Shown here in pieces: positions 19,209 to 29,572 of a DNA stretch of 64,000 nt. Below the pieces are notes generated by a model. The model saw only the letters and a program-made list of their open reading frames with translations, was not told the origin of the DNA and searched no databases. A program made the position numbers and the translations under genes. Each line of letters starts with the position of its first letter. Position 1 is the stretch's first letter. The DNA lies in the NCBI GenBank assembly GCA_964588335.1, contig CAZPOV010000009.1, forward strand, positions 64,433-128,432, in the 5' to 3' direction. This DNA comes from an uncultured Pseudobdellovibrionaceae bacterium. GTDB lineage: Bacteria; Bdellovibrionota; Bdellovibrionia; Bdellovibrionales; JAGQZY01.

Positions 19209-19928
19209 ATGAGCCTTAATTATGAAGAAATTGATTTTCGACCCACGCCGATTGGCGATCTGATGCTTCGGCGTCGGCGCATGGCTCAGTTTGGCGATCT
19301 CGATATTTTCGAAGTCAAACTCGGTGAAGAGTTTTTGATGACCAGTTTGTTTCACGAGGCTGAGGATCAGTTGGCCGTTTTGGGTTTAAAAGCCGTTTCG
19401 GGAAACAACCTGGATGTGGTGGTTGGTGGGTTGGGCCTTGGCTATACTGCTGTTAAAGCCCTGGAGGACTCTCGAATTCAGTCTTTGGTGGTCGTCGACT
19501 ACCTAGAAGGAGTTATAGAATGGCACCAGAAGGAATTAGTCCCAATGGGAGAAACCCTCAATAACGATCCTCGGTGTCGCTATGTCCACAATGATTTCTT
19601 TGCCCAAGCTCGGAAACAAGGTGAGGGCTTTGATCCTAGCCGTCCAAGAAAAAAACATCATGCGATATTGCTGGATATCGATCACACTCCCACCCATGTC
19701 CTTCATCCCACCAACACACACCTCTACAGTCTTGACGGACTTAAAGAGCTTGCCAGTCATCTTCATCAGCAAGGCGTGTTTGCTCTGTGGACCGATGGGG
19801 TTGCGAACCCTGACTTTACAGAAAGGCTAAAACAGGTTTTTAGCCATGCCGAAGGCCATACCATCGAATTTCAAAACCCTCTCCATCAGGGCGTTTCAAC
19901 GGGTGCTGTTTATACAGCTGTTCTGTAA
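19209..19928 (+). CDS. spermidine synthase-like SAM-dependent transferase
   Basis: EEFLMTS, VVVGGLGLGYT, ILLDIDHTP. Confidence 0.8.
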   Translation: MSLNYEEIDFRPTPIGDLMLRRRRMAQFGDLDIFEVKLGEEFLMTSLFHEAEDQLAVLGLKAVSGNNLDVVVGGLGLGYTAVKALEDSRIQSLVVVDYLEGVIEWHQKELVPMGETLNNDPRCRYVHNDFFAQARKQGEGFDPSRPRKKHHAILLDIDHTPTHVLHPTNTHLYSLDGLKELASHLHQQGVFALWTDGVANPDFTERLKQVFSHAEGHTIEFQNPLHQGVSTGAVYTAVL

Positions 19929-20018
19929 ACAGATCCCAAGAGCCAAGTCGAACAAGGTCATTGGTATGAAAATTCAAAAAAATCTGACGAAACAAGGGCA
20001 TTTTTAAAGCCCATTCTT

Positions 20019-21068
20019 TTAAAGGAGGTCTGACTTGGAAACAATGCGACCGACTTCAGCCATGATCTTTTCGGCATCCGAGAGTTTTTTCCAATTTCGG
20101 GTGCAGACTAAAATAAGAACCTTGGGGCGCTTGCTTTCAGCCCGCCAGGCCACTCCCACATCACAAGCCCGTTGGTGTTGGGTCCCGGTTTTATGGGCAA
20201 AGACAACATTGCGAGGAAGTCCATATTGAACGCGCTTTTTGCCAGTTTGAAGGTTGGCCATAATGGTGACTAGCTTGCGAGTGGAGGCGCCGCTTAAAAG
20301 CTTTTTGCCAACCAGGTTACGAAGAAGTTTTGCATAGCCGGTCAAGGTGGCCGAGTTCCAGTCTTCGGCGTAGTACTGTTCGAAGCCTTCGTCTAAAGTT
20401 TTTGTTTTAAAATCACTTTGTTTCACTTTTAATTGTTTGGCCAGCTCTTTCATTCGTCTTTTCGGAGTCCGAGCTTTTTTAATGGCAAAGTAGGCCATAT
20501 TCGAAAGGCCTTTGGCGCCAGGGTGAATTTTACCGTAAGCCTTCTTGCGAACATCCAATAACGTGGTGATCGGTCCAAAACCGTTGTCCGAAGCCGCTGC
20601 TGCTACTCGGTTGACGTTTTTTAAACCCACTTTTTGGATAATCAAATCGGTGGCCGCGTTGTCACTATAGATCAGCATTTGCTCCAAAAGGTACTGATAG
20701 GTCACTTGGTTGCCAGGCTTCTTCCAATTGACCGAGCCAGCGCCATCGCGATAATGAGACTTTTCGATGGTTACCTTTTCACTGAGTTTTATTTTCTTAT
20801 GGTCCACCATCTGTAACAAGGCAATCGCCACAGGAACCTTCACTGTCGAACTTAAGTACCAAGATTGATCCGCCTTAAAGGTAAAGGCTTCCAGGGTTTC
20901 TAGATCTTGAATATAAACCCCAAACTCGCCATCAAATTGGTTTTGCAGTTTTGTCATTGAATTTTCAAACTGGATGGTCCAAGACGCAGCCTTTTTGGGA
21001 GCCAGCGAAGAAACGCAGGACGAGTGGGCCAGATAGAAAAAAAGAAATAGGGCTGTCCAAGTTTTCAT
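20019..21068 (-). CDS. class A beta-lactamase-like serine hydrolase
   Basis: SxxK (STVK), SDN, HKTG; signal peptide. Confidence 0.85.
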   Translation of the reverse strand: MKTWTALFLFFYLAHSSCVSSLAPKKAASWTIQFENSMTKLQNQFDGEFGVYIQDLETLEAFTFKADQSWYLSSTVKVPVAIALLQMVDHKKIKLSEKVTIEKSHYRDGAGSVNWKKPGNQVTYQYLLEQMLIYSDNAATDLIIQKVGLKNVNRVAAAASDNGFGPITTLLDVRKKAYGKIHPGAKGLSNMAYFAIKKARTPKRRMKELAKQLKVKQSDFKTKTLDEGFEQYYAEDWNSATLTGYAKLLRNLVGKKLLSGASTRKLVTIMANLQTGKKRVQYGLPRNVVFAHKTGTQHQRACDVGVAWRAESKRPKVLILVCTRNWKKLSDAEKIMAEVGRIVSKSDLL

Positions 21069-22225
21069 GCAAACACCGTCTTTGTTTTATTCCAAAAATA
21101 CATTGAAGCGATTATACCGATAATACAAATCCCAGTGAGTCCCAGACTTTGCAAGTAGGTCACTTTATGGTGAAGGTCGAAGTAATAGCGGTAAAAATAA
21201 AATATAATAATGATATGTAAAATAAAAGCATTCAAAGAGTGCTGGCCAATATAAGAGATGGGTTTTAAAAATTTCCGGATCGATGTTCCTATCATAAGCG
21301 ACAGACCCAGAACAAGAAGAGCCCCTCCTAGGCTAAAACTAAGAAAGTTGGCATCAAAGGGGTGTTTCCCGACATTGTTAGCGATATCGTTAAGGCGTGT
21401 CTTCACATCTTCGGCATTGAGAAAGTAAAAGGTGCCAAGTCCGATCAAGCCCAGGGCCACACAGTATCGGGGCACCGGGTTTTTCGAATAATTTTCAGAA
21501 TTAAAATGCTTATAGAGGTCTCCAATAAACAGGCCGAAAAAAATCAGCGCGCCTCGTTGAAATTGACCAAAAGTGTAAAATCCCTCTTGTTCGACGAGCA
21601 ACGCCTTTAGAACATCATAGCCCCAGAAGTCGAAATTAAAATGCAACCAATGTCCTGTAAAGAACAGCCCGAGAGTTAAGGTAATCTTTGCTACACCATG
21701 AAGACGGGTCCACATCGGTAAAAACAATGGCAACCAAAGCAAAGCGATAGAATAGAAGCAGAGGATCTCAACAAAATCCGGCATACTTCGAAACAACAGA
21801 GTGTCAATAATCATCGACTGAGGATAGAATTGAAACATTTGAACAACAGTCAGAATCTTGTACCAAACCATCAGTTCGATGCCTCGTTTGATCATCCATA
21901 AACGTTTTTTCCTCCAGCGTTGAGTTCCAATATGAGGGATAAAGTACAAGGAGACACTCACACCAAAAACCAAGATAAAGAGACTAGAAGAAAACTTCGT
22001 AATCAAGTGCACGGGCACAACACCCCAATCGGGAATGAGGGAATGAATCATCAGACCTTTTACGCAATGACTTAAGATCATTAAAATAATGGCAAAGCCA
22101 CGGGCGATATCAAGAGACGTCCAACGGGCCGGCTTTGGAAGACTTTCCAAATCGGGCGCCCGCAGGTTGTACCGATCGACTGTCGTCGTTTGATCGGCTT
22201 GAGTCACTTGATTTTTTTTGGCCAC
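21065..22225 (-). CDS. OpgC/DUF1624-like membrane acyltransferase
   Basis: RWTSLDIARGFAIILMILSH; IGQHSLNAFILH; multiple TMs. Confidence 0.75.
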   Translation of the reverse strand: MAKKNQVTQADQTTTVDRYNLRAPDLESLPKPARWTSLDIARGFAIILMILSHCVKGLMIHSLIPDWGVVPVHLITKFSSSLFILVFGVSVSLYFIPHIGTQRWRKKRLWMIKRGIELMVWYKILTVVQMFQFYPQSMIIDTLLFRSMPDFVEILCFYSIALLWLPLFLPMWTRLHGVAKITLTLGLFFTGHWLHFNFDFWGYDVLKALLVEQEGFYTFGQFQRGALIFFGLFIGDLYKHFNSENYSKNPVPRYCVALGLIGLGTFYFLNAEDVKTRLNDIANNVGKHPFDANFLSFSLGGALLVLGLSLMIGTSIRKFLKPISYIGQHSLNAFILHIIIIFYFYRYYFDLHHKVTYLQSLGLTGICIIGIIASMYFWNKTKTVFA

Positions 22226-22469
22226 GGCAATCTCAACCTCATGTCGAAGTTTTGTATCGACAATGATCCGAACAACCGGGTGAGGTGGTTCGGGCTAAAT
22301 AGTTTGTATTACTCTCCTCTTCGGAATTTAGAGACGAGGACCTAAGGGGTGTTTTAGACTTTGGTCGGATGTTTCAGAGAAAGGAAAAGGCCTTTGCCTG
22401 GATTTATGGATAAAGGACTAGGATATTGACAACCAAGGCTGACAACAAAATGTTAAAAGGTCCCTGATC

Positions 22470-23948
22470 TCAGAGCTCTAGGTTATTCAGTCTCTGGTGC
22501 CACTGGTATTTGTTTTCAAGTTGCTGTCCAACATTTAAAAGCAATTCTTCCTGTCCCATGGCGGCTCCTAACTGCACGCCAATTGGTAGGCCGTCTTTAT
22601 TCACATACGTCGGTAAACTGATAGCCGGCATGCCTGAAAAATTATAGATCTGAGTGTTGGGTGATCTTTCAAAAGCCTCGGCAGCCAGTTTCTCGACGGC
22701 TTTCAGCATAAGACCCTTCAAGGGGAGATAGCCCATGACCTTTATTCCCAGCTGTTCAACAGAAGAGAGATTGAGTTGATTGACTGGGCTTGGCGGGTGA
22801 GCCAAGGTGGAGTGGATAAGAATATCATATTTCTCAAAAGCCTCATCCATAACCCGAGTGACTTTGCGAGTTTGTTCGATGGCCCATTGATACTCGAGGG
22901 CTGTTAGAGTCTGGCCGAGGCAAAACAAAAACCAGGTGCTTTTTTCAAAATACTTTTCAACGGGTTTGCGATTTAGAATTTTCGCCCAGTGCATAATCTC
23001 GTTGGCAATACTCACAGCAACGATAATAAAATAGGTGAGGCGCAACTCTTCTTTATTAAGTTCAAGATCGAACTCTTCCACATGGTGCCCTAAGCTGGCT
23101 AGAGCGGAAGCTGTTTCTTTCACAGCCTCCTGACAAGCAACACCCGTTGTTTGACCTAATACAGATGCGGTTGAATAACCAATGCGCAATTCAGTGACAG
23201 GCTTTTCAATGGCGTTGAGGTAAGGGCCCTGGGGCGGCGGTGCAAAATAGGCGTATCCCGATTCGGGGCCTTGGCTGACATCTAAAAGCTTTGCGGTATC
23301 GCGAATTGTTTTAGTGACCGCTAGATTAGAAACCAATCCGGCCCAAGATTCGAACTTACGGGGGCCAAGGGGTGTACGAGCGCGTGTCGGCTTTAAACCG
23401 ACAAGCCCACAGCAAGAAGCGGGAATACGAATTGAGCCTCCACCATCATCGGCTTGGGCGGCTGGAACAATGCCTGCGGCGACGGCCGCGGCGGAACCGC
23501 CACTGGAACCTCCGGGAGTGTGCTGTAAAGACCAAGGGTTGCGACAAATACCGGCGAGTTCAGACTCGGTGACGCCAAAAATACCAAACTCGGGAACATT
23601 GGTTCGACCAAGGATATTGAGCCCGGCCTCTTTAAATCGAGAGACTAATGTCGAATCATAATCGCTAATATAATCCGCACAAAAGCGACTGGAGTAGGTC
23701 AAAGGATGGCCCTTCATGTGGAGGCCGAGATTTTTAATTAAAAAAGGGGCCCCAGCAAAAGGATTGCTAAGTGGTATGTCGGTTCTTGGCTCGTCAAAAA
23801 AAGAAAAACTAACAGCGTTTATTTTAGGATTGATTCTTTCATGGGCCTGTTGCGCAGTTTCACACACCTCTTGAGCGCTGAGTTCTTTTGATTTTAAAAG
23901 TCTGGATAGATCGAGAAGATCTAATTTTCGGTACTCTTCGAAATTCAT
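22470..23948 (-). CDS. amidase signature family enzyme
   Basis: GAPFLIK, PGGSSGGSAAAVAAG, DGGGSIRIPAS. Confidence 0.93.
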   Translation of the reverse strand: MNFEEYRKLDLLDLSRLLKSKELSAQEVCETAQQAHERINPKINAVSFSFFDEPRTDIPLSNPFAGAPFLIKNLGLHMKGHPLTYSSRFCADYISDYDSTLVSRFKEAGLNILGRTNVPEFGIFGVTESELAGICRNPWSLQHTPGGSSGGSAAAVAAGIVPAAQADDGGGSIRIPASCCGLVGLKPTRARTPLGPRKFESWAGLVSNLAVTKTIRDTAKLLDVSQGPESGYAYFAPPPQGPYLNAIEKPVTELRIGYSTASVLGQTTGVACQEAVKETASALASLGHHVEEFDLELNKEELRLTYFIIVAVSIANEIMHWAKILNRKPVEKYFEKSTWFLFCLGQTLTALEYQWAIEQTRKVTRVMDEAFEKYDILIHSTLAHPPSPVNQLNLSSVEQLGIKVMGYLPLKGLMLKAVEKLAAEAFERSPNTQIYNFSGMPAISLPTYVNKDGLPIGVQLGAAMGQEELLLNVGQQLENKYQWHQRLNNLEL

Positions 23949-24156
23949 GGATCGGCAGTATAACGAAACACCAATCTATAGCAAACGGATTCGTTCACAG
24001 AACCGGAAATACTTGTAAATTGATATATCGTCAAAATGGGTTGTGGCAGGGGGGGCAGGCTCGGCGGCACAGTTGTGTGATTCTGTATCATTAAGAGAAA
24101 GAGCAACTTGCGGACATAACCACTTGCACAATAAAGCTTTTCTTTGAGTCCTCAAC

Positions 24157-24183
24157 TTTAGAACGGGATAATCATGCCGATAG
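24157..24183 (+). promoter_or_regulatory. putative sigma28 promoter
   Basis: TTTA-N15-GCCGATAG. Confidence 0.4.
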
Positions 24184-24191
24184 AGGTATTT

Positions 24192-26066
24192 ATGGGTGTC
24201 ATTCAGGTGGGAACAAAAATTGATCATTACGTTGTCGAATCCGTTTTAGGCGAAGGCGGCATGGGCGAAGTTTTTCTTGCAAAAGATTTGAATCTCGATC
24301 GTAAAGTCGCAATTAAAACTCTCATTCCAAATAAAAGCTCTGAGAAACTTCAAAAGCGGTTTGAAAATGAAGCCAAGATTTTGGCGTCCCTCAATCATAA
24401 CAATATTGTTTCGGTTTATAATTACGGACAGTACGAGGGCATCCATTACATGGTCATGGAGTTCATCCAAGGCCAAGATTTGAGTGCCGCCATTAAGAGT
24501 CGCGGTTTCGGTATTGGTGAATGTTTGGAGGCCTTTCAGCAAATGGTTGAAGGAATTTTAGAGGCCCACAACCAGGGCGTTCTTCATCGAGACATCAAGC
24601 CTGCAAATTTAGTCATCGACAACCAGGGGCGCGTGAAAGTTGTCGATTTTGGTATATCCAAAGATTTTAAAAAAGAAGATGTCAATTTGACCGACATGGG
24701 AAGGGTCATTGGAACGACAAACTATATGGCACCCGAATTATTTGTCGGCCAACGCCCCAGTGTAACGTCTGATATTTTTTCAATGGGAATTGTTCTGTTT
24801 GAAATGCTAGAGGGGTTCAATCCCTTCACCGCTGAAACACGTTATGAAACAATGGAAAATATTCGTAATAAAGAAGTTCAGTTATCGAAAGAGGTGGCCC
24901 GTATCGTGCCACCCGTAATAGAAAAGATACTGTATAAAATGCTGGCCAAGGATCCTGATCAACGTTATCAAAATTTGACTGAAGTCAGACAAGATTTTCA
25001 AAAAATTGATATGTCGACGATTCCCAATGAGTTGATGGCTGCTCGTCGACCAGAAGTCATGATTTTGAATGAGCAGAAAATTCGTTTAAAATTACTGAGC
25101 CAAGGTTATGCCACTCGCGAAATCGGAATTATTCTAAGTTTAGCGGCCCAGATTCAGGAAAAGGATGAACCTCTCTCAGAAAAAACAGAAGTTGTCGATG
25201 AGGTGATCAAAAGAAAAGTGTCTTTAAGTCAGGAAGCTCTTGAATCAGCCATTCGTCGCTTTAAAAATGCACAATCTCGATTGTCATCCACACGTGAAGT
25301 GGGGTTTGGCCAAGACATTACTTCGGTGATCCAACAACACTATAAAAATTTATCAGTCACTCAATGGGCCGCCGCTGGCGCCTTTGTTATCGCGATCATG
25401 GCCCTTGGAATATGGTGGTCTGGAAATTCACAGCCTGATCCTATTCTCACGTTACAAAAGCCAGCGCCAAAAGTTTCGCTGGCCGTGGGCGCTCAGTGGA
25501 CAACACGAACGCGGGTCTTGAATGAAAATACGGGTGAACTTGTACAAGATACCTCTCGTCAAGTCACCATTTCTAAAAATGAACTGGGTGATAAAATAAC
25601 TGAAACAGAGGATCTTCGATCCGGGCAAAGGGCCATAAGCTCTTTATCAGTCAGTCCCTTTTTACCCAGCCATACTTACCAGACTGTGGCCGGAGATGAA
25701 GGTGAGCAAATTATTTTGGGCGACTATGATAAAATCTTCCCTCTCCAAATTGGAAGTGAAATGAATTTTGAAGCCAAAGGTAAAAGCAAGTGGGATGGCG
25801 AATTTCGTTACAAAAAGAACTGTAAAGTGACTGGTAAAGAGATTTTATCTTTAGAAATCGGTCAGACTCCAACCTGGGTTGTCGTTTGTCGTTCATTTAA
25901 TGGAGACGGGACCTTGGAAGAAGATCGCTACCGAAAGTTTTTCTACTCTCCCAAACACGGAAACTTTGTAAGAGTTGAAGCGCGACGGTCAACCGGCAAG
26001 GGTGTAACCTTGTTGGAAACCAAAGAATGGGTGGATGTTTCGAATTATATTTTCCCAAGCTACTGA
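24192..26066 (+). CDS. membrane Ser/Thr protein kinase with C-terminal extracytoplasmic domain
   Basis: GEGGMG, VAIK, HRDIKPAN, DFG, APE; one TM; ATG 24192 after GAGG (ORF extends to 24174). Confidence 0.92.
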   Translation: MGVIQVGTKIDHYVVESVLGEGGMGEVFLAKDLNLDRKVAIKTLIPNKSSEKLQKRFENEAKILASLNHNNIVSVYNYGQYEGIHYMVMEFIQGQDLSAAIKSRGFGIGECLEAFQQMVEGILEAHNQGVLHRDIKPANLVIDNQGRVKVVDFGISKDFKKEDVNLTDMGRVIGTTNYMAPELFVGQRPSVTSDIFSMGIVLFEMLEGFNPFTAETRYETMENIRNKEVQLSKEVARIVPPVIEKILYKMLAKDPDQRYQNLTEVRQDFQKIDMSTIPNELMAARRPEVMILNEQKIRLKLLSQGYATREIGIILSLAAQIQEKDEPLSEKTEVVDEVIKRKVSLSQEALESAIRRFKNAQSRLSSTREVGFGQDITSVIQQHYKNLSVTQWAAAGAFVIAIMALGIWWSGNSQPDPILTLQKPAPKVSLAVGAQWTTRTRVLNENTGELVQDTSRQVTISKNELGDKITETEDLRSGQRAISSLSVSPFLPSHTYQTVAGDEGEQIILGDYDKIFPLQIGSEMNFEAKGKSKWDGEFRYKKNCKVTGKEILSLEIGQTPTWVVVCRSFNGDGTLEEDRYRKFFYSPKHGNFVRVEARRSTGKGVTLLETKEWVDVSNYIFPSY

Positions 26067-26090
26067 ATGAGTTTTCAGGAGAAAGCTTTT

Positions 26091-26651
26091 TTATTGCCAG
26101 TCTGTCTTTCGAAACCAATGGTCTGGGTAGTTGAATTCAAAGGGAAATGAAACAGTCAAGCTGACGGTGTTTACCTCGATGTCAGCCACAACTTCGGTGG
26201 GGCCTAAGTCTCTAGAAACTTCGGAGGCGTATTTTATATAGCGGACCCCAATCCAAAAGCTTTCATTTAAAAAATAAGACAACTCCACTCCGGTGCCGAT
26301 ATAATCGGTATCAAAGTCATAAGCTCCAGCGATCAGGTATGTTCGAATTGGGATGTTCCATTCGTAACCAATTCCAATACCTCCAAAAGGTAAAAACTGG
26401 GTAGCGAGATCTCCTGCGGAAAAAAAAGTTCCTTCGAGAATGCCTGTAACATGAATGTAGCGTCTTGTAATTCCATAGCGAAATCCAAAAGTACCAAGTG
26501 TTTCCTGAACCTCTGGAGTCTGAGCGGCTGATAATCCTTCCACTGTTATTTGGCCCACTCCTGTTCCAAGTGACAATCCCGGTTCAAAGATAGTTTTGCT
26601 ATGAGCCAATTGAGTCAAAGACGAAATAAGTATTATCATGATGAGCTTCAT
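26091..26651 (-). CDS. putative outer-membrane beta-barrel protein
   Basis: signal peptide; amphipathic strands GIGIGYEW, GVELSYF, WIGVRY. Confidence 0.6.
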   Translation of the reverse strand: MKLIMIILISSLTQLAHSKTIFEPGLSLGTGVGQITVEGLSAAQTPEVQETLGTFGFRYGITRRYIHVTGILEGTFFSAGDLATQFLPFGGIGIGYEWNIPIRTYLIAGAYDFDTDYIGTGVELSYFLNESFWIGVRYIKYASEVSRDLGPTEVVADIEVNTVSLTVSFPFEFNYPDHWFRKTDWQ

Positions 26652-26807
26652 GTATTAATTTTCCTATAGGAATAAACAGGGAGCAACTCAAAGCCGTGGA
26701 ATTCCTAGACTTTAACAGAGCTGATTCAATGAATCTGTTATATTCAGGAGGATTGTCTAGTCAGGGGTTTCGTTGCCCCGCTCTATAAAACTTAATAAAC
26801 TAGTAAA

Positions 26808-27587
26808 ATGAAGCTGTTATTGTTCTCAGTGGTTTTTGGACTTCCTGTTTTTTGTTGTGCGCAACAAAGTGGGGCCAAGTTGAATCAAGTCGCTGTCGGA
26901 CAGGGGATTTCATCGCCAGCGCTTACCAACACCGCTTTATTCTCCAATGGTTTTACATATGAAAATCCCGTTGGTGTTTCCTACCAAGATCAATATCGAC
27001 TGACCGCCGCCATCGATGGCGCCGACTCTTCAAGCTTTGGAGCTGAGTTTGGTGTCGGTGATACCAAGTACGGTTTTGCCTTAGGAGCTTATTCCAACTC
27101 GTGTGATGCTTGCGAGGCCTATATCCGGGGCACAATGAGTGCGATTTGGGGTTGGTTTGCTTTGGGCTTCGGTGTGCAAGAAGATTTGTACACCCTGGGA
27201 ATCATGATCGACCCTGAAAGCAGCCACCGCATAGGGTTGGTCGGTGAATTCAATGAGCCCAACGGGATTAATAACGATCGAAGCTCCGTTGGTTTTGGCT
27301 ATTCTTACGTCCTTCCTCAGTTCACGTTTGCACTCGACATGTCTTATCAGTTTTTTGAAAACAATCAGCTGGCCGATGACACGATCGTTGTAACTCCAGG
27401 GTTTGTGGTTCGGGTTGACATATTTACTCTGTCGTTAAATTACGACGCTCATATCAGCGACACTCAAAACCAGTACGCCGACCAGGTGTGGGTCGGTGTG
27501 AGTGCTCGTCCCTTTAAAAACTGGGAATTCACTTTTTACGGAGAGTACGTCGATCGATGGACGTTGATGACGTCATTTTTCTTCTAA
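26808..27587 (+). CDS. putative outer-membrane beta-barrel protein
   Basis: signal peptide; alternating strands; terminal Phe. Confidence 0.6.
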   Translation: MKLLLFSVVFGLPVFCCAQQSGAKLNQVAVGQGISSPALTNTALFSNGFTYENPVGVSYQDQYRLTAAIDGADSSSFGAEFGVGDTKYGFALGAYSNSCDACEAYIRGTMSAIWGWFALGFGVQEDLYTLGIMIDPESSHRIGLVGEFNEPNGINNDRSSVGFGYSYVLPQFTFALDMSYQFFENNQLADDTIVVTPGFVVRVDIFTLSLNYDAHISDTQNQYADQVWVGVSARPFKNWEFTFYGEYVDRWTLMTSFFF

Positions 27588-28715
27588 AGTTTTTGTTAAA
27601 AAGCATTTTTCAATAATGTAGAGTTGGCCGAGCTTTGAACGCACATTAATCTTTCGGGGCAATTCAATTCTTTTAATGTCCTTTTCGAAGGCAATGTAAG
27701 CGCTGTTGTCAGAGGCCGGGAAAAGACTAATAAACAGGTCGTTTACAGACTTTTCTTTTTCCATGACATTTAAAATCATGGCGATCTCTTCCAGTTTAAA
27801 AAAACGAAAGGACTTGTGTTCAAAACACTGGTAGCGCAAATGATCGGCCCAACGATGCTCTTTGAGTTTCTCTAAAAAAAGTCCTGAAGTCAGATGATCA
27901 ATAATAAAAACATGTTGGTAGCTGTCTAAGTAGCGATGAAAAGACTCGCGGATTTCGGCGATGGATCGACCCACCAACCAGGGGCTGAGTTTTTGTTCCA
28001 TTGTCTGCAAGCGACTTTGAGTTTCTGAATCAGTTTTAAGGGGAAGCCAGACTTTGACTTCAACATAAGGCTTATGAAGGCGATAACCAATTTCCAAATC
28101 CTCCCCCAAAACACTCTCAACGATATGAGCCACTTCCGACTCTGGGGCGCCAAGGCAAATCCAGGTGTTTAAAACTTTTCCTTTTTGAGGAGAAAGATTT
28201 TTGAAGATCAGTGGCTGCAGCTTGTTAGTGAACATGGGTTGAAGTTCGTCAGGTGGGCCAGGCAATGAAGCTAAAAAGCAATTGTGGCCTTTCACAAAAA
28301 AGCCCGGGGCGACCCCCTTTTCATTGCCAAGCGCTGTCGCGGTTGCTGGAATCAAGGCTTGTTGCTTATGACCTTCGCGGATGATCAGGTCACGAGATTT
28401 TAATTTATCTTCAATAATCTTCCACTGTTGCTTGTCGTGCTCCAAGGGAAGAGACAACCAGTCGCTGAGACATTGGCGGGTGGTATCGTCTTTCGTGGGT
28501 CCAAGACCACCACTGACTAGAATCAGGTGGCAATGCTGAGCCAAAAAATTGAGACTTGTTAAAATCTCTTGGCGCTGGTCTCGGCAAGAAAGATGGTACA
28601 GGGGTGACGCGCCCAGAGTTCCAAGTTGTTCAGAAAGCCAAGCGGCGTTGCGGTTGATGATCTGTCCCTCAACAACTTCATTTCCAATGGCTAGTATTCC
28701 GACAAGAGTCTCCAT
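27573..28715 (-). CDS. cinA: CinA-like protein (MocF/ADP-ribose pyrophosphatase domain, degenerate C-terminal domain)
   Basis: IGNEVVEGQIINRNA, GGLGPTKDD.T, N..G.APG, LPGPP.E. Confidence 0.8.
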   Translation of the reverse strand: METLVGILAIGNEVVEGQIINRNAAWLSEQLGTLGASPLYHLSCRDQRQEILTSLNFLAQHCHLILVSGGLGPTKDDTTRQCLSDWLSLPLEHDKQQWKIIEDKLKSRDLIIREGHKQQALIPATATALGNEKGVAPGFFVKGHNCFLASLPGPPDELQPMFTNKLQPLIFKNLSPQKGKVLNTWICLGAPESEVAHIVESVLGEDLEIGYRLHKPYVEVKVWLPLKTDSETQSRLQTMEQKLSPWLVGRSIAEIRESFHRYLDSYQHVFIIDHLTSGLFLEKLKEHRWADHLRYQCFEHKSFRFFKLEEIAMILNVMEKEKSVNDLFISLFPASDNSAYIAFEKDIKRIELPRKINVRSKLGQLYIIEKCFLTKTLEEK

Positions 28716-28765
28716 GCCCGAACTGTACCAATATTGTAAGTTAAAGTCTTGTTTCTTTTTTAAGA

Positions 28766-29569
28766 CTAATGCTTGATAAGAATTTCAATCCGTCGGTTCT
28801 TACTGCGATTGATCTCAGAGTTGTTACGCACAAGAGGTTGTGTAGGCCCATGGAACTGGACAGTCACCCTTTTGGGATCAATATCGCCTTTCTTCATTAA
28901 AGCCTGTGCCAGTGTATTGGCCCGTGCCGCTGAGAACTCCCAGTTGGATTTGAACTTTGGTGTTTTAATGATTTTGTCATCGGAATGCCCCGATATGGTG
29001 ATGTCGCCATCAACGTCTTGGACAACATCGGAAAGCTTTTCCAACATTGGGTTAAATCGCCCGGATAGCTTCGTTCTGTGCTTTGGAAAAGCCGCTTTTT
29101 CGGCGATTCGAATCACAAGGTTGCCATCTTTTTCTTCGATTTCAATTTCACCCTTTTTCCACTCGTTTTCAAATTTATTCATTACCTTAACAATGTTTTG
29201 TTTAAGACGTTTCTGACGGTTAAGTTCAGCGATAGCATTCTGCTTTTTCATCTTATTTTTAATTTGCTGAAGTTGCGGATCAAGAATGTTGGCAGTCGCT
29301 CCACCGACACTCAAAGGAGCTCGCGAGGGTGAACCTTGACTGTGCTCTTGTTTGATAAAGCTTGAACCTTTTGGAGGTTCGTCGAAGATGTTCTTTCTTT
29401 GCACACCAAAGGCCATCTTTAAGGAACCAGAGACCTTACGGAATTTTGTCGCGTCAATCTCAGCCATGGATAGCAACAGTACGAAGAATGTCAGCAGCAG
29501 TGACATCATATCTGCGAAAGTTGCCATCCAGGCGGGAGCGCCTTTTTTAGGTTCCTGTTTCTTGGCCAT
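28766..29569 (-). CDS. motB: flagellar stator MotB/PomB
   Basis: WMATFADMMSLLLTFFVLL; OmpA-like GHSD, SNWEFSAARA, NRRIEI. Confidence 0.93.
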   Translation of the reverse strand: MAKKQEPKKGAPAWMATFADMMSLLLTFFVLLLSMAEIDATKFRKVSGSLKMAFGVQRKNIFDEPPKGSSFIKQEHSQGSPSRAPLSVGGATANILDPQLQQIKNKMKKQNAIAELNRQKRLKQNIVKVMNKFENEWKKGEIEIEEKDGNLVIRIAEKAAFPKHRTKLSGRFNPMLEKLSDVVQDVDGDITISGHSDDKIIKTPKFKSNWEFSAARANTLAQALMKKGDIDPKRVTVQFHGPTQPLVRNNSEINRSKNRRIEILIKH

Positions 29570-29572
29570 AGG

